From: a bacterium
GTDB lineage: Bacteria; Hydrothermota; Tepidihabitantia; Tepidihabitantales; Tepidihabitantaceae
Assembly: GCA_046485285.1 (NCBI GenBank)
Contig: JAWOHE010000040.1
Coordinates: 1-32,080 of the forward strand
Length of the DNA: 32,080 nucleotides
Direction: 5' to 3'
This document shows, piece after piece, positions 7,916 through 17,196 of the stretch. Position numbers and translations under genes: made by a program. Positions within the stretch are counted from its first letter, which is position 1. Each line of letters opens with the position of its first letter. The notes under the pieces were generated by a model that did no database searches, was not told where the DNA came from, and saw only the letters and a list, made by a program, of their open reading frames with translations.

Positions 7916-10900
7916 GCCGGCGCGACGCGGCAGAGGCTGTCTGGTGGCGCTTGCCGTTCTCCTGTTCGCGGCCGGCCTCGTGGTTGTCCTTCGTCAGCCT
8001 GTCGCCCGGTTCGGCGTTGAGATTGCCGCCCGGCTCCTTGCCCGCAGTCTGAATGGACGGGTGGAGTACGAGCGCATCGAGGGCGACATCTTCAGCAACC
8101 CGACGGTTGTCGGCCTGCGCATCCACCTCAATGGCGATTCGCTCCGCGCTGAGCGACTGACGCTGCGCTACGCGCCGTTCGGATTCCTGTTCGGCCGGAT
8201 CCCGGTTTTGGAGCTCAACCTCGTGCGGCCGGAGGTCTTCATATCGCAACGACCAGTACCGGTCAGTGCGGTGGTCCCGGCCGACACCGCGCGGCCACGA
8301 CCGTTTCAGTTGCCCCGGCTCAGCCTTGACCGACTGACGGTGCTCGATGGGCGTGTGTACCTCAATGACACGCTCCGGGTCGATTCGATCGGGCTCAGCG
8401 CCTCCGTGCGGTCGAACCGGGCGAGTGCGCGCTTCGACTTGGCGACAATGCGGGCGGTGGCCGTGCGGGAGGAGGTCGCACTCCGGGCGGCGAGCGCCCG
8501 CGGCCGACTGACCCCGCGCACGCTGCTGGTTGACCAGCTCGACGTCCGGACCGACCGCTCGCGGCTGGCGGGCACTGCCCGGTTTGCACTCGACAGCGGC
8601 GTGGTGACGCTGGAGCTCGCCAGCCTGGCCGTTGACCTTGCCGAGCTCAGTGGGCCACTTGCCATCGAACCCGGTGTTCTGAGCGGGACGTTCCGGGCGC
8701 GAGGCAAGGCCGGATTCGGCGCCGCGTCTCGCTCTGCCGAACTGAGCTACACAGTAGACAGCCCGGCGTTCGGGACGATGCGGCTCCCGGACCTCGCCGG
8801 CACGGTACGGCTTGACGACCCGGTGCTGTACCTGGTGGTGGCGGGCACCGACAGCGTCCTTGGTGAGTTCGCGATCGACGGCTCGCTGGACTACCGACGG
8901 CTGGCTTACCGGGCGCGGGCCCGGCTGCGGGCAGTCCGCCTCGCCGGGTGGGACCCGAAGCTGCCCGACATCGCCCTGGACGCCGACCTTGCGGTCGCCG
9001 GCAGCGGGTTTGACTCGGTCGAGCTTGATGGGGGCGGACGCGTCACAGCGCTGGGCATTGATACCTTCCGGATCGTCGGCAGGCGGTCCGGCGGTCGGGT
9101 CGATATCAGCCGGTTTGACGCGTCCGGGCCGTCGGGTCGCTTGCAGGCGGCAGGAACATGGGGGCCGGCAAGTCGTGTCAGCGGTGAGCTCGTGCTTGAG
9201 GACGTCGATATCGCACCGTTTGCACGGCTGGCAGGGTTTGAGGCGACCGGCAGGCTCAAGGGGCTGATTCACGGCGGCGGTACCCTTGACAGCGTCGAGG
9301 TCAGCGGCGGCGTCCGGCTGGAGAGCTTCGCCACCGGTGATGTCGTGATCGGCGCTGCGGTGCTGGAACTGGACATCGCGGTCGGGCGCGAACTGCACGG
9401 CCGGCTCGCGGTCGGGGCGGAGGATCTTCGTATCGGCCAGCAGCAGGTTGACGCGGTCCAGCTCACCTTGTTCAACTCCGAGTTCGATTTTCGCGCCGAC
9501 CGGCCCGGCGACCTGCTGACGGCGCGCGGCGGCTACCGGCTGGGCCGGAACCGGCTGTGGCTCGACGTCACCGGCCTTGATTTCGCGACCGGCGCCGAGA
9601 CGCTGGCTCTGACCGCACCTTTCCGGGTCGACTGGTCGCCGGATTCGCTTGCGGTGCGGGGAGTTCGATTCGAGATCGCCGAAGGAAAGGTCGAACTTGA
9701 CGCCGTGCGCATCGGCAACTCGGTACCGCATGTCGCGCTGCTGGTTCGAGATCTTGACCTGCACAAGCTCCAGAGCCTGCTGCAGCTTGATACCGAGCTG
9801 CGGGGCATGGTCAACGCCGCGGTCACCGGCCGCGACACGCTGGCCTGCGAGCTGACCGTGGCCGGTCTCGAGGTGCCGGCCTTCGGTGTCCAGCTCACGC
9901 ATGCCGCGCTTGCGGCGCGCTACTCCGGTTCGCGGGTGATTCTCGATGAGCTCCGGGCAGTCAGCAACATCGACACTTCGAAAGTCACCGGCTGGGCCGA
10001 GTTCACGACCGACGACGGGTTTCGGCTCGTGGCGATCGACGTCGCCGCCCAGCTCGCCGACCCCGGAGTTTGGCCCCTGTTCTTCCTTCGTGACATCGTC
10101 GACCTGCGAGCCGGCACAATCTACGGTGATCTTGCGATTCGGGGCGACCTTGTCACACCCGACTTGTCCGGTCGGGTGCGTATCAGCCGTGGTCGGCTTT
10201 GGGTTCCGTCGGTCGGCGTGCTGGTTGAGCGGGTCAATGCCGAGGTCACTGCGGCCGGCGGTCGCGTGAACGTCGAAAAGGTCAGCGGTGAGGCGGGGAC
10301 CGGCATCGTCACCGCGGCAGGCTTTGTTGAGCTCGGGCCGGACTGGCGAGTTGACACGCTCGCGTTCGACATCTGGCCCGAAGACGCGGTCATCAGTCCG
10401 ATGCCGGAGGTACACGCTGTTGCCAGTGGAGGAATCGTGGTATCACTGGCCAGGAACCGTCCGCTTTCGGTAGAGGGCACGGTCAGCGTGAGAGAAGCGC
10501 TCCTGACATTCGACTTCGAATCTGAGACGCCTCGCACCGCACCCGCCCCGGGCAGCGATTCGGTCGTCTTCGATATTCACATCCGCGGCGATCGGGGCCT
10601 CTGGCTCAGGAACCGGATGGCCGACCTCGAGCTGTCCGTTGACCTCTGGCTGAAGAAGACGATGCAAGGCGAAACCTGGACCGGCCAGCTCGCGACCCGC
10701 CAGGGCAATATCTACTACCTTGACCGGACTCTGCGGGTGTCGCGCGGTGAGATTCGATTCGAGAACATCAGTTCGCTGAATCCCGAGCTTGATATCGTCG
10801 CCGAGCTTCCGGTTCGCGCTTCGAACGGCGAGAACGGCGCCCTACCGGACCGAATCCTGCTGACGCTCAGCGGAACGCTCAATAAGCCCGAGTTCCGTTT

Positions 10901-11309
10901 CAGCTCCGAGCCGATGGTCTGGGATGAGAACGAGATCATAACCTATCTCAGCCTTAACGTGACCCCGGCCGAGTTCGACGCCTTTGCCAACCGCGAGGCG
11001 GTCGCCCGCTACCTGTCGGGCCGTCTCCTGGGTCTTGCCCAGACCCAGTTCACCAAGCAGGTTCGGAGGTGGCTGACAGTTGACGCCCTGCGGTTCGAGA
11101 GTGAACTGACCGGCGGCGAAGGGCACAAGGTCACGGTCGGCAAGTACATCGGACGGAGCCTGTACGTTACCTACACTCAGAACTTCGTTGGCGAGATGGT
11201 GCCTGAGTTTCGCGTCGAGTACTACCTCGACCGACGCAACGAGGTTGTCGGCGAGCGCAACGAAGACGGCCGGTTTTCGGTGCGCTACCGGCACAGGCTT
11301 CGATACTGA
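7905..11309 (+). CDS. tamB: Translocation and assembly module TamB (DUF490-type)
   Basis: ATG at 7905 overlaps the tamA end. N-terminal TM anchor, long beta-rich body, and C-terminal NPELDIVAE...VTVGKYIGRSLYVTY. Confidence 0.85.
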   Translation: MRSKPARRGRGCLVALAVLLFAAGLVVVLRQPVARFGVEIAARLLARSLNGRVEYERIEGDIFSNPTVVGLRIHLNGDSLRAERLTLRYAPFGFLFGRIPVLELNLVRPEVFISQRPVPVSAVVPADTARPRPFQLPRLSLDRLTVLDGRVYLNDTLRVDSIGLSASVRSNRASARFDLATMRAVAVREEVALRAASARGRLTPRTLLVDQLDVRTDRSRLAGTARFALDSGVVTLELASLAVDLAELSGPLAIEPGVLSGTFRARGKAGFGAASRSAELSYTVDSPAFGTMRLPDLAGTVRLDDPVLYLVVAGTDSVLGEFAIDGSLDYRRLAYRARARLRAVRLAGWDPKLPDIALDADLAVAGSGFDSVELDGGGRVTALGIDTFRIVGRRSGGRVDISRFDASGPSGRLQAAGTWGPASRVSGELVLEDVDIAPFARLAGFEATGRLKGLIHGGGTLDSVEVSGGVRLESFATGDVVIGAAVLELDIAVGRELHGRLAVGAEDLRIGQQQVDAVQLTLFNSEFDFRADRPGDLLTARGGYRLGRNRLWLDVTGLDFATGAETLALTAPFRVDWSPDSLAVRGVRFEIAEGKVELDAVRIGNSVPHVALLVRDLDLHKLQSLLQLDTELRGMVNAAVTGRDTLACELTVAGLEVPAFGVQLTHAALAARYSGSRVILDELRAVSNIDTSKVTGWAEFTTDDGFRLVAIDVAAQLADPGVWPLFFLRDIVDLRAGTIYGDLAIRGDLVTPDLSGRVRISRGRLWVPSVGVLVERVNAEVTAAGGRVNVEKVSGEAGTGIVTAAGFVELGPDWRVDTLAFDIWPEDAVISPMPEVHAVASGGIVVSLARNRPLSVEGTVSVREALLTFDFESETPRTAPAPGSDSVVFDIHIRGDRGLWLRNRMADLELSVDLWLKKTMQGETWTGQLATRQGNIYYLDRTLRVSRGEIRFENISSLNPELDIVAELPVRASNGENGALPDRILLTLSGTLNKPEFRFSSEPMVWDENEIITYLSLNVTPAEFDAFANREAVARYLSGRLLGLAQTQFTKQVRRWLTVDALRFESELTGGEGHKVTVGKYIGRSLYVTYTQNFVGEMVPEFRVEYYLDRRNEVVGERNEDGRFSVRYRHRLRY

Positions 11310-11314
11310 CGGAC

Positions 11315-13138
11315 TTGGCTTCCTCCCGTCGGTTCTGCGATGTCGTCGTGCCGGGCGTGAGGCTGGACGAACTCACCTACGAGTGCACCGCGCTTTCTCA
11401 GCCAGTCGCGCCGGGGGACTGCGTTGAGGTCCGACTGCGCGGCCGTCCGACACGGGGTGTTGTCGTCGCCACACCCGCTTTGAGCGCGGTCAGGAATCTC
11501 GTCGCGGTTACCCGCCTGGTCGACCCTGGGTTACTCGACAAGGGAAGACTGAACCTGTGCAGATGGCTTGCGAGCTACTACTGCTGCCCGAAGGGAGAGG
11601 TCCTGGCCGCGATGCTGCCGAGGGGGATAGGCGGCTACCGGCCGCGCGGCACGGGCATCAGCGACGCACGTACCGCCTCAGACGCACTGCCCGAAGCCGG
11701 CAGGTTCGAGGTGCAGGTCGCAGTCGAACGGGAAGGTCGTCTCGAGCGCGTTGTTGTGTTTCTGGAAGCGAGTCTCCGTCGGGGTGGCGGCATACTCCTT
11801 GCTCCCGAACCCAGGCTGGATCGCTGGGTTGCGTTGTTGAGCGAGCGGTTCGGCGCGGACCTGGTCGAGCTGCGCTCGAAATCCGGTCTCACTCAGGTCA
11901 AGCGCACGTGGCAGAGCATCCGGGCCGGCCGGCATCGGTTGGTCGTTGGCGTGCGCTCCGCGGTGTTTGCGCCGGTCGCGCGGCTAGGGGGAATTGTCGT
12001 TGCTGACAGCCGCGACCCAGTCTTCAAGGAGGAGCGTCGTCCGCGTTTCAACGCTCGAGACGTCGCAGTCGTGCGCGCCCGCGACGCGGGTTGCCCGGTG
12101 CTTCTCAGCGACCCGTTCCCAGCGGCCGAAACCTGGCACAGCATCGCGGCCGGGCAGTACCAGTTGATCGGACGACCACCCCTGCCCCGACGTTACCGTG
12201 CCAGCTTCGTGGTCGACGCGCGGCGCACGCGGGGCGGCGAGCTCTCGCCTCGTCTCATGCGCGAGCTGGAACGGCTGCCCGCCGATGCCGCAGCAGTGCT
12301 CTACGTGAACAGGAAGGGGCTGAGCCGGTACGTTGTCTGCGCCGAGTGCGGCGCCGCGCTAGAGTGTCTTGATTGCCGGCTGCCGGCGGCGCTCGACGCG
12401 GGCCACACGCTCGTCTGCGGCCGGTGCGGATTGCGGCGACCCGCCCCGGAGACCTGCCCCGAATGCGACAGCACGTCATTCGACATGCGCACGGCGGGCG
12501 TCGAGAGTGTCGCGGTGGAGCTTGCCCGTTTATTCCCGAGCCGCCGGGTCGTGAGAGTCGAGTCGGGCGGCCGGTCCTTCCCCGCAGGTACGCTGGCGGT
12601 GGGGACCCGGGTCCTGATTGGGATCCGCTGGCCCGAGAAGACTCAGCTTGTCGCGGTGCCGGACTTCGACATGGAACTGTCACTACCTGACTACCGCGTG
12701 CGGGAGCACGCGTTCGTTACGCTCTGTGAGCTTGTAGCAAGGGCCGAGGAAAGCGGTGCGGTCCTTGTTGTTCAGACCCGACGCCCGGAGGACCCCGCGT
12801 TGGAGGCCGGGCTCAGCCGTGACGTGTCCGGGTTCATGCTAAGCGAACTGCCAGTCCGTCGGGAAGCTGGCCTGCCGCCTTTTCGGCGGCTGGCAGTCAT
12901 CGAGGTTGGCAGTGGCGACCGCGGCGCCCTGTTGACTCACGCCCGGCGGATTGCCGGGGCGCTGGAGGGTCATCGAGGGGTCGACGTCTTCGGGCCGGTC
13001 GACTCCCGCCGGGGCAGGGTCCGCCTGCTGGTGCGGTTTCCCCGCGGGCAGAGCCTCGGGCGACTGCTCGACCGACGCCTGCTTTGGCAGGGACATCTGC
13101 AGGTCGGCGTCGATGTCGACCCGCTCGATACAGTCTAG
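11315..13138 (+). CDS. priA: Primosomal protein N' (PriA), short form with degenerate helicase motifs
   Basis: N-terminal 3'-DNA-binding domain (LTY...GDCVEVRLRGR...GVV, WLASYY), VVGVRSAVFAP, RFNARDVA, NRKG, a Zn-binding region with four CxxC pairs, QTRRPE, LPPF and C-terminal VDVDP. Confidence 0.88.
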   Translation: MASSRRFCDVVVPGVRLDELTYECTALSQPVAPGDCVEVRLRGRPTRGVVVATPALSAVRNLVAVTRLVDPGLLDKGRLNLCRWLASYYCCPKGEVLAAMLPRGIGGYRPRGTGISDARTASDALPEAGRFEVQVAVEREGRLERVVVFLEASLRRGGGILLAPEPRLDRWVALLSERFGADLVELRSKSGLTQVKRTWQSIRAGRHRLVVGVRSAVFAPVARLGGIVVADSRDPVFKEERRPRFNARDVAVVRARDAGCPVLLSDPFPAAETWHSIAAGQYQLIGRPPLPRRYRASFVVDARRTRGGELSPRLMRELERLPADAAAVLYVNRKGLSRYVVCAECGAALECLDCRLPAALDAGHTLVCGRCGLRRPAPETCPECDSTSFDMRTAGVESVAVELARLFPSRRVVRVESGGRSFPAGTLAVGTRVLIGIRWPEKTQLVAVPDFDMELSLPDYRVREHAFVTLCELVARAEESGAVLVVQTRRPEDPALEAGLSRDVSGFMLSELPVRREAGLPPFRRLAVIEVGSGDRGALLTHARRIAGALEGHRGVDVFGPVDSRRGRVRLLVRFPRGQSLGRLLDRRLLWQGHLQVGVDVDPLDTV

Positions 13139-13233
13139 CGGCCCCGCCTACGCTCAGCGCACAGGTGGGCCCGTCCGTGCGCAACAAGCCAGTGGCCCGA
13201 CCGCGAGAGGTACGTTCGTCCGCGCGCCAGATG

Positions 13234-13980
13234 CTAGCGGGCCAGGCGACGGAGGTTGTCGCGGACGGTCCGCGACGACGGCGCGTCGGCAGTCGTGTCC
13301 ACCAACTCAGCCGCAGACGCATAGAACGCGAGCGCTCCGGCAGTGTCACCGGTCACCTCATGGGCAAGGGCGAGGTTGTTGTACAGGGCCAGCAACAGCG
13401 GGTCGACGTCGTCGAGCACAGTTGCAGCGAGATTGGCGCGCGCGGCTGAGTAGGACTCCAGCGCCGAGTCGGCGAAGCCCCGGGACTGGAACAGGTATCC
13501 GATGGCGAAGCCGAGTCTCGTTTGTCTGTTCGCGGCATGGCCGCTGTCGGCGGCAAGCGCCTGGCGAAACGAGTGGAGCGCACGGTCGAGGCTGCCCGAG
13601 TGGTAGTGGCAGAATCCGACGTACTCGTGCAGAACCGCCGCCGTCGCCCCGTGTGCCGGCTTGAGCATTCTTGCCAGACGCTCCAGGGCGGCTGGCCAGT
13701 CGCGGACGGTGAGGAGGGAGTCAACTGCAACGAGGCCCTGCGGGCGTTGCCCGGCGGCAGGCAGCTCAATGTCTCCGATCATCCGCGTGATGGCCTCGAG
13801 GTCCGGACTCGCCGACGATAGCACCGGGATTATGACGGCCGGCGGCGGGGCGGTCGAGAGAGTGCGGGCGAGCATGAACAGCCCCCCGAGCACGACCACA
13901 GCAACCACTGCCCACAGGTACCAGGGGTTTCCCGCAGTTCGGGGACGGCGCCGTACTTCCTTCTTTGATGACTTGGCCAT
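13234..13980 (-). CDS. Membrane-anchored tetratricopeptide-repeat protein
   Basis: ATG at 13980, basic N-terminus plus one TM helix, and TPR-like helices (LHEYVGFCHYHSGSLDRALHSFRQAL; LYNNLALAHEVTGDTAGALAFY). Confidence 0.75.
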   Translation of the reverse strand: MAKSSKKEVRRRPRTAGNPWYLWAVVAVVVLGGLFMLARTLSTAPPPAVIIPVLSSASPDLEAITRMIGDIELPAAGQRPQGLVAVDSLLTVRDWPAALERLARMLKPAHGATAAVLHEYVGFCHYHSGSLDRALHSFRQALAADSGHAANRQTRLGFAIGYLFQSRGFADSALESYSAARANLAATVLDDVDPLLLALYNNLALAHEVTGDTAGALAFYASAAELVDTTADAPSSRTVRDNLRRLAR

Positions 13981-13989
13981 GTCGCCGGG

Positions 13990-14017
13990 ATGATAGTGTC
14001 TCACGAGATGCTGTCAA
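13990..14017 (-). promoter_or_regulatory. Sigma70-like promoter of the TPR gene (near-leaderless)
   Basis: Minus strand TTGACA-N16-TATCAT; ATG follows after 9 nt with no SD. Confidence 0.65.
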
Positions 14018-14054
14018 CGACTGCGCAAAGCGTTACCGCCGCGTGCTGCTGAAC

Positions 14055-14140
14055 TGCCGAAGGTGGGAGTCGAACCCACAGGTCCATCGCTGGACGGTGG
14101 ATTTTGAGTCCACTGCGTTTGCCAGTTCCGCCACTTCGGC
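14055..14140 (-). tRNA. tRNA-Leu (anticodon CAA), CCA not encoded
   Basis: Reverse complement GCCGAAGTGGCGGAACTGGCAAACGCAGTGGACTCAAAATCCACCGTCCAGCGATGGACCTGTGGGTTCGACTCCCACCTTCGGCA. It has an acceptor stem, anticodon arm GTGGA-CT-CAA-AA-TCCAC, long variable arm and TTCGA T-loop. Confidence 0.97.
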
Positions 14141-14205
14141 TCCCGGTGTCGTCGCGTGCCGAGTTGTTCTTCACTCAAAGGAGCGGCACCCGGCCCACGC
14201 AGGGG

Positions 14206-14267
14206 ATTCTAGGAGCACGAGGATGACAGTCAAGATGGATTGACTCCGGGCTTGCCCGGGCTATCCT
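14206..14267. promoter_or_regulatory. Back-to-back divergent promoters (tRNA-Leu and transglutaminase gene)
   Basis: Minus: TTGACT(14233-14228)-N16-TAGAAT(14211-14206). Plus: TTGACT(14240-14245)-N16-TATCCT(14262-14267), with ATG at 14273. Confidence 0.65.
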
Positions 14268-14272
14268 GCCCT

Positions 14273-15724
14273 ATGCTTACAACCCTGGTCTTGTTGCTGG
14301 TGGTGGCGCTCGTCGCGGGTTGTCCGGGTCCGGGACAACCGGCAGCGGCCGGCCGACGGGAGTCGGCCGAGACCTGGCTGCTGACCGAGCTCGACGGCAG
14401 TCGAATCGGTCACTCGGTGACCCGGGTCGATCGCTTCGAACACGGCTGGCGGTTCGAGCACGTGATGGAGCTCGAACTGGAAATGCTGGGCGTTTCGCAA
14501 CTGGTTAAGGCGAGGTCGGTCGCAGTGACTTCGGACAAGCTCGAACTGCAGTCGCTCGACTTCCGGTTCCAGGCGCAGGACCGGGTGATGGAAGCGGCTG
14601 CCGCAGTCCAGGAGAATGTCGTCATCATCAAGCCGGTCGGTGACCGTCCCCGCACGCTGAAGCTTGTCGGCCCGGTATACCCGACCGAGGCACTGGGACA
14701 ACTCGTGATATCGAGGGGCGCCGCGACAGGGACGACGTTCGAGGTGCCCATGTTCGACGTGTCGTCGATGTCGGTGGAGCGTGCCAGCGTCAAGGTCGAA
14801 GGCTGGGAGCCGGTGGCGGTCCTCGACTCGAACTTTCACGCGCTCAAGGTCCGGACGACGACCGCGGGAATCACCGTGACGACGTGGCTTGACAGCGCCG
14901 GCCTCACGGTCCGGGAGGACGCGCCGCCGGGTCTCCGCTCGACGCGGACAACACCGGCCCGGGCGGTGGCGGGTGCAGGGCAGGCCGGGAGTGTTGACCT
15001 GCTGCGGATGTTCCGTGTCGATGTCGATACCCTGATTCCCGAGCCCGGGGCAGTGCGGCGGGCGCGGCTCGCGGTCACCGGGGTCGGCCCGGAGGAGCTG
15101 CCGGGGGATGCCGGTATGACCGTCTCTGGGGCTGACGGCGCGCTCATTGTCGAGGTCGTCTCGGTCGAGCCACCGGCCGGACGGGTCGACCTGCCCGTGG
15201 CCGGGCAGGATTCGTTCCTGACCGCGTCGATGACCATCCAGTGCGACGCGCCCGAGCTGGTCGAGCGGGCACGGGCCGCCCTCGCGGGCGAGACTGATGC
15301 CGTTGCGGCTGCGCGCCTGCTGACCAGCTGGGTATTCGACAACGTCGAGAAGGTGCCGACGGCATCGTTTCCGACCGCCCTCGATGTGTTGCGGAACCTG
15401 CGCGGTGACTGCAATGAGCATGCGGTGCTGTACGCCGGACTGGCGCGCTCTGCCGGGCTGCCGTGCCGGGTCGTGGTGGGGCTGGTCTATCTCGATGGCT
15501 CGTTCTACTATCACGCCTGGAACGACGCGTGGCTCGGGCGCTGGGTGCCGGTCGACCCGACGTTCGGCGAGTTCCCGGCCGGCGCACTGCGCCTCAGGCT
15601 GGGCGGCGGAGAGCTGCGCGACCAGTCGAGGATCCTGCCGCTGGTCGGCCGGATCGGGATTCGCGTCCTGGACTACGACCGGGCCCCCGGCGCTCAGCGC
15701 CGGGAGTCCGGTCCGAAATCCTGA
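14273..15724 (+). CDS. Transglutaminase-like (cysteine protease fold) lipoprotein
   Basis: Lipobox LVAGC; triad motifs GDCNEHA, YYHAW and WVPVDPT. Confidence 0.88.
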   Translation: MLTTLVLLLVVALVAGCPGPGQPAAAGRRESAETWLLTELDGSRIGHSVTRVDRFEHGWRFEHVMELELEMLGVSQLVKARSVAVTSDKLELQSLDFRFQAQDRVMEAAAAVQENVVIIKPVGDRPRTLKLVGPVYPTEALGQLVISRGAATGTTFEVPMFDVSSMSVERASVKVEGWEPVAVLDSNFHALKVRTTTAGITVTTWLDSAGLTVREDAPPGLRSTRTTPARAVAGAGQAGSVDLLRMFRVDVDTLIPEPGAVRRARLAVTGVGPEELPGDAGMTVSGADGALIVEVVSVEPPAGRVDLPVAGQDSFLTASMTIQCDAPELVERARAALAGETDAVAAARLLTSWVFDNVEKVPTASFPTALDVLRNLRGDCNEHAVLYAGLARSAGLPCRVVVGLVYLDGSFYYHAWNDAWLGRWVPVDPTFGEFPAGALRLRLGGGELRDQSRILPLVGRIGIRVLDYDRAPGAQRRESGPKS

Positions 15725-17196
15725 TGGCGTTCTCCTTCTCCCCGCGCCGCAGGCGCAGCTCCCCGGCGGCCAGGGGCTACCGGGGCGAAGCGCCGGTAGA
15801 GTTCGAGGTAGTCGCGCGCCCGCGCGTCCCACGAGAAGTCGGTCCGCATACCCCGCTCGCGCACCCGGGCGAGCTCGGTCGGCCGGGCAAAGAGCATCAG
15901 CGCGCGGTCGATTGCCGCTGAGAATCCGCGGGCATCGCCCCGCTCGAACACGAACCCGTTACCGCCCTCTTCTCCGACCTCGAAGACGGTATCAGCCAAT
16001 CCGCCGGTGCGGGCCGCGACCGGGAGCGTGCCATAGCGCAGGGCGATCATCTGGCCAAGGCCGCAGGGCTCGTACTCCGAGGGCATGAGGAAGAAGTCAC
16101 CCGCCGCGTACATGCGGTGGGCGAGCTGCTCGTTGAATGCGAGAACCGCGGCGAGCCGCCCGGGGTTGCTGCGCGCGAGCTCCTCAAGCCGCTCGTGGTA
16201 CTCCGGCTGTCCGGTGCCCAGGATGCAGATTCTGGCGTCGAGAGCGACCAGCCTGGGAATCTCGTCGATGACCAGGTTGATGCCCTTCTGGCCGGCGAGT
16301 CGCGATACGACGACGAAGAGCGGGCCGCCCGGATCGAGACCCAACTCGCGGTCCAGTGACCGGCGATCAGCCGTCTTCCCGGCAGGGCGGTCCGGCGAGT
16401 ACGGCTCGGCGAGGTGGGGGTCGGCCGCCGGGTTCCAGCAGTTGGTGTCGATGCCGTTGAGGATGCCAGACAGCACTTCCCGGCGGGAACGGAGAATCGG
16501 GTCCATGCCGAAGCCGAGCTCCGGCTCCTGGATCTCGCGGGCGTACGTCGGGCTGACGGTTGTCAGGCGGTCCGCGTGGACGAGCGCGGCCTTGAGGAAG
16601 CTGACCTGGCCGAAGTACTCGACATGCTCCGGCGACCAGTAGCTGGCCGGTATTGACAACTTCGGGAAGACGTCGGCCGGGAAGTTACCCTGGTAGCCGA
16701 GGTTGTGAATGGTGAAGATCGTGGCAGCGGTCAGGCCCCCGGTTCGGACAAGGATCGGCAGAGGGCCGCTCTGCCAGTCGTGGCAATGGAAGATATCAGG
16801 CCGCAGGCTGAGCCGGTCAACTCCCGCGATGGCTGCGCGGCACAACAGCAGGAAGCGCTCGGCGTTGTCCGGGTAGTCGCCGTCCGCGTCGCCGTACAGG
16901 CCGGTGCGTCCGAAGAACCCCGGGCAGTCGACGAACAGGTAGCGGACACCGATGCGCCGGGCTTCGAGAAGCGCCACCGGTTCTCCAGCTCGGGCAGGGC
17001 ACAGGTCGAGTGTGGACAGGTCGGCGACGACGTTGAACCGGACGTCTACCTTGCGCACGGAAGGGTAGGCAGGGGATACGACGACAACCTCGACACCGGC
17101 TGACGCGACCGCCTCGGGCAGGGACCCGGTTACGTCGGCCAGCCCGCCGGTCTTGGAGAACGGGGCGACTTCCGATGCGACGTGGACTACGAGCAT
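15694..17196 (-). CDS. glgA: Glycogen synthase (GT5)
   Basis: SEVAPFSKTGGLADV, HCHDWQ, TIHNLGYQG, GILNGID, MPSEYEPCGLGQMIALRYGT, DFSWD. Confidence 0.97.
   Translation of the reverse strand: MLVVHVASEVAPFSKTGGLADVTGSLPEAVASAGVEVVVVSPAYPSVRKVDVRFNVVADLSTLDLCPARAGEPVALLEARRIGVRYLFVDCPGFFGRTGLYGDADGDYPDNAERFLLLCRAAIAGVDRLSLRPDIFHCHDWQSGPLPILVRTGGLTAATIFTIHNLGYQGNFPADVFPKLSIPASYWSPEHVEYFGQVSFLKAALVHADRLTTVSPTYAREIQEPELGFGMDPILRSRREVLSGILNGIDTNCWNPAADPHLAEPYSPDRPAGKTADRRSLDRELGLDPGGPLFVVVSRLAGQKGINLVIDEIPRLVALDARICILGTGQPEYHERLEELARSNPGRLAAVLAFNEQLAHRMYAAGDFFLMPSEYEPCGLGQMIALRYGTLPVAARTGGLADTVFEVGEEGGNGFVFERGDARGFSAAIDRALMLFARPTELARVRERGMRTDFSWDARARDYLELYRRFAPVAPGRRGAAPAARGEGERHQDFGPDSRR

Noticed and set aside
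14055-14140. tRNA as tRNA-Sec or as an integration site
   Set aside because: The anticodon is CAA (Leu) with a 7-bp acceptor stem. No integrase or duplicated tRNA 3' end is visible.
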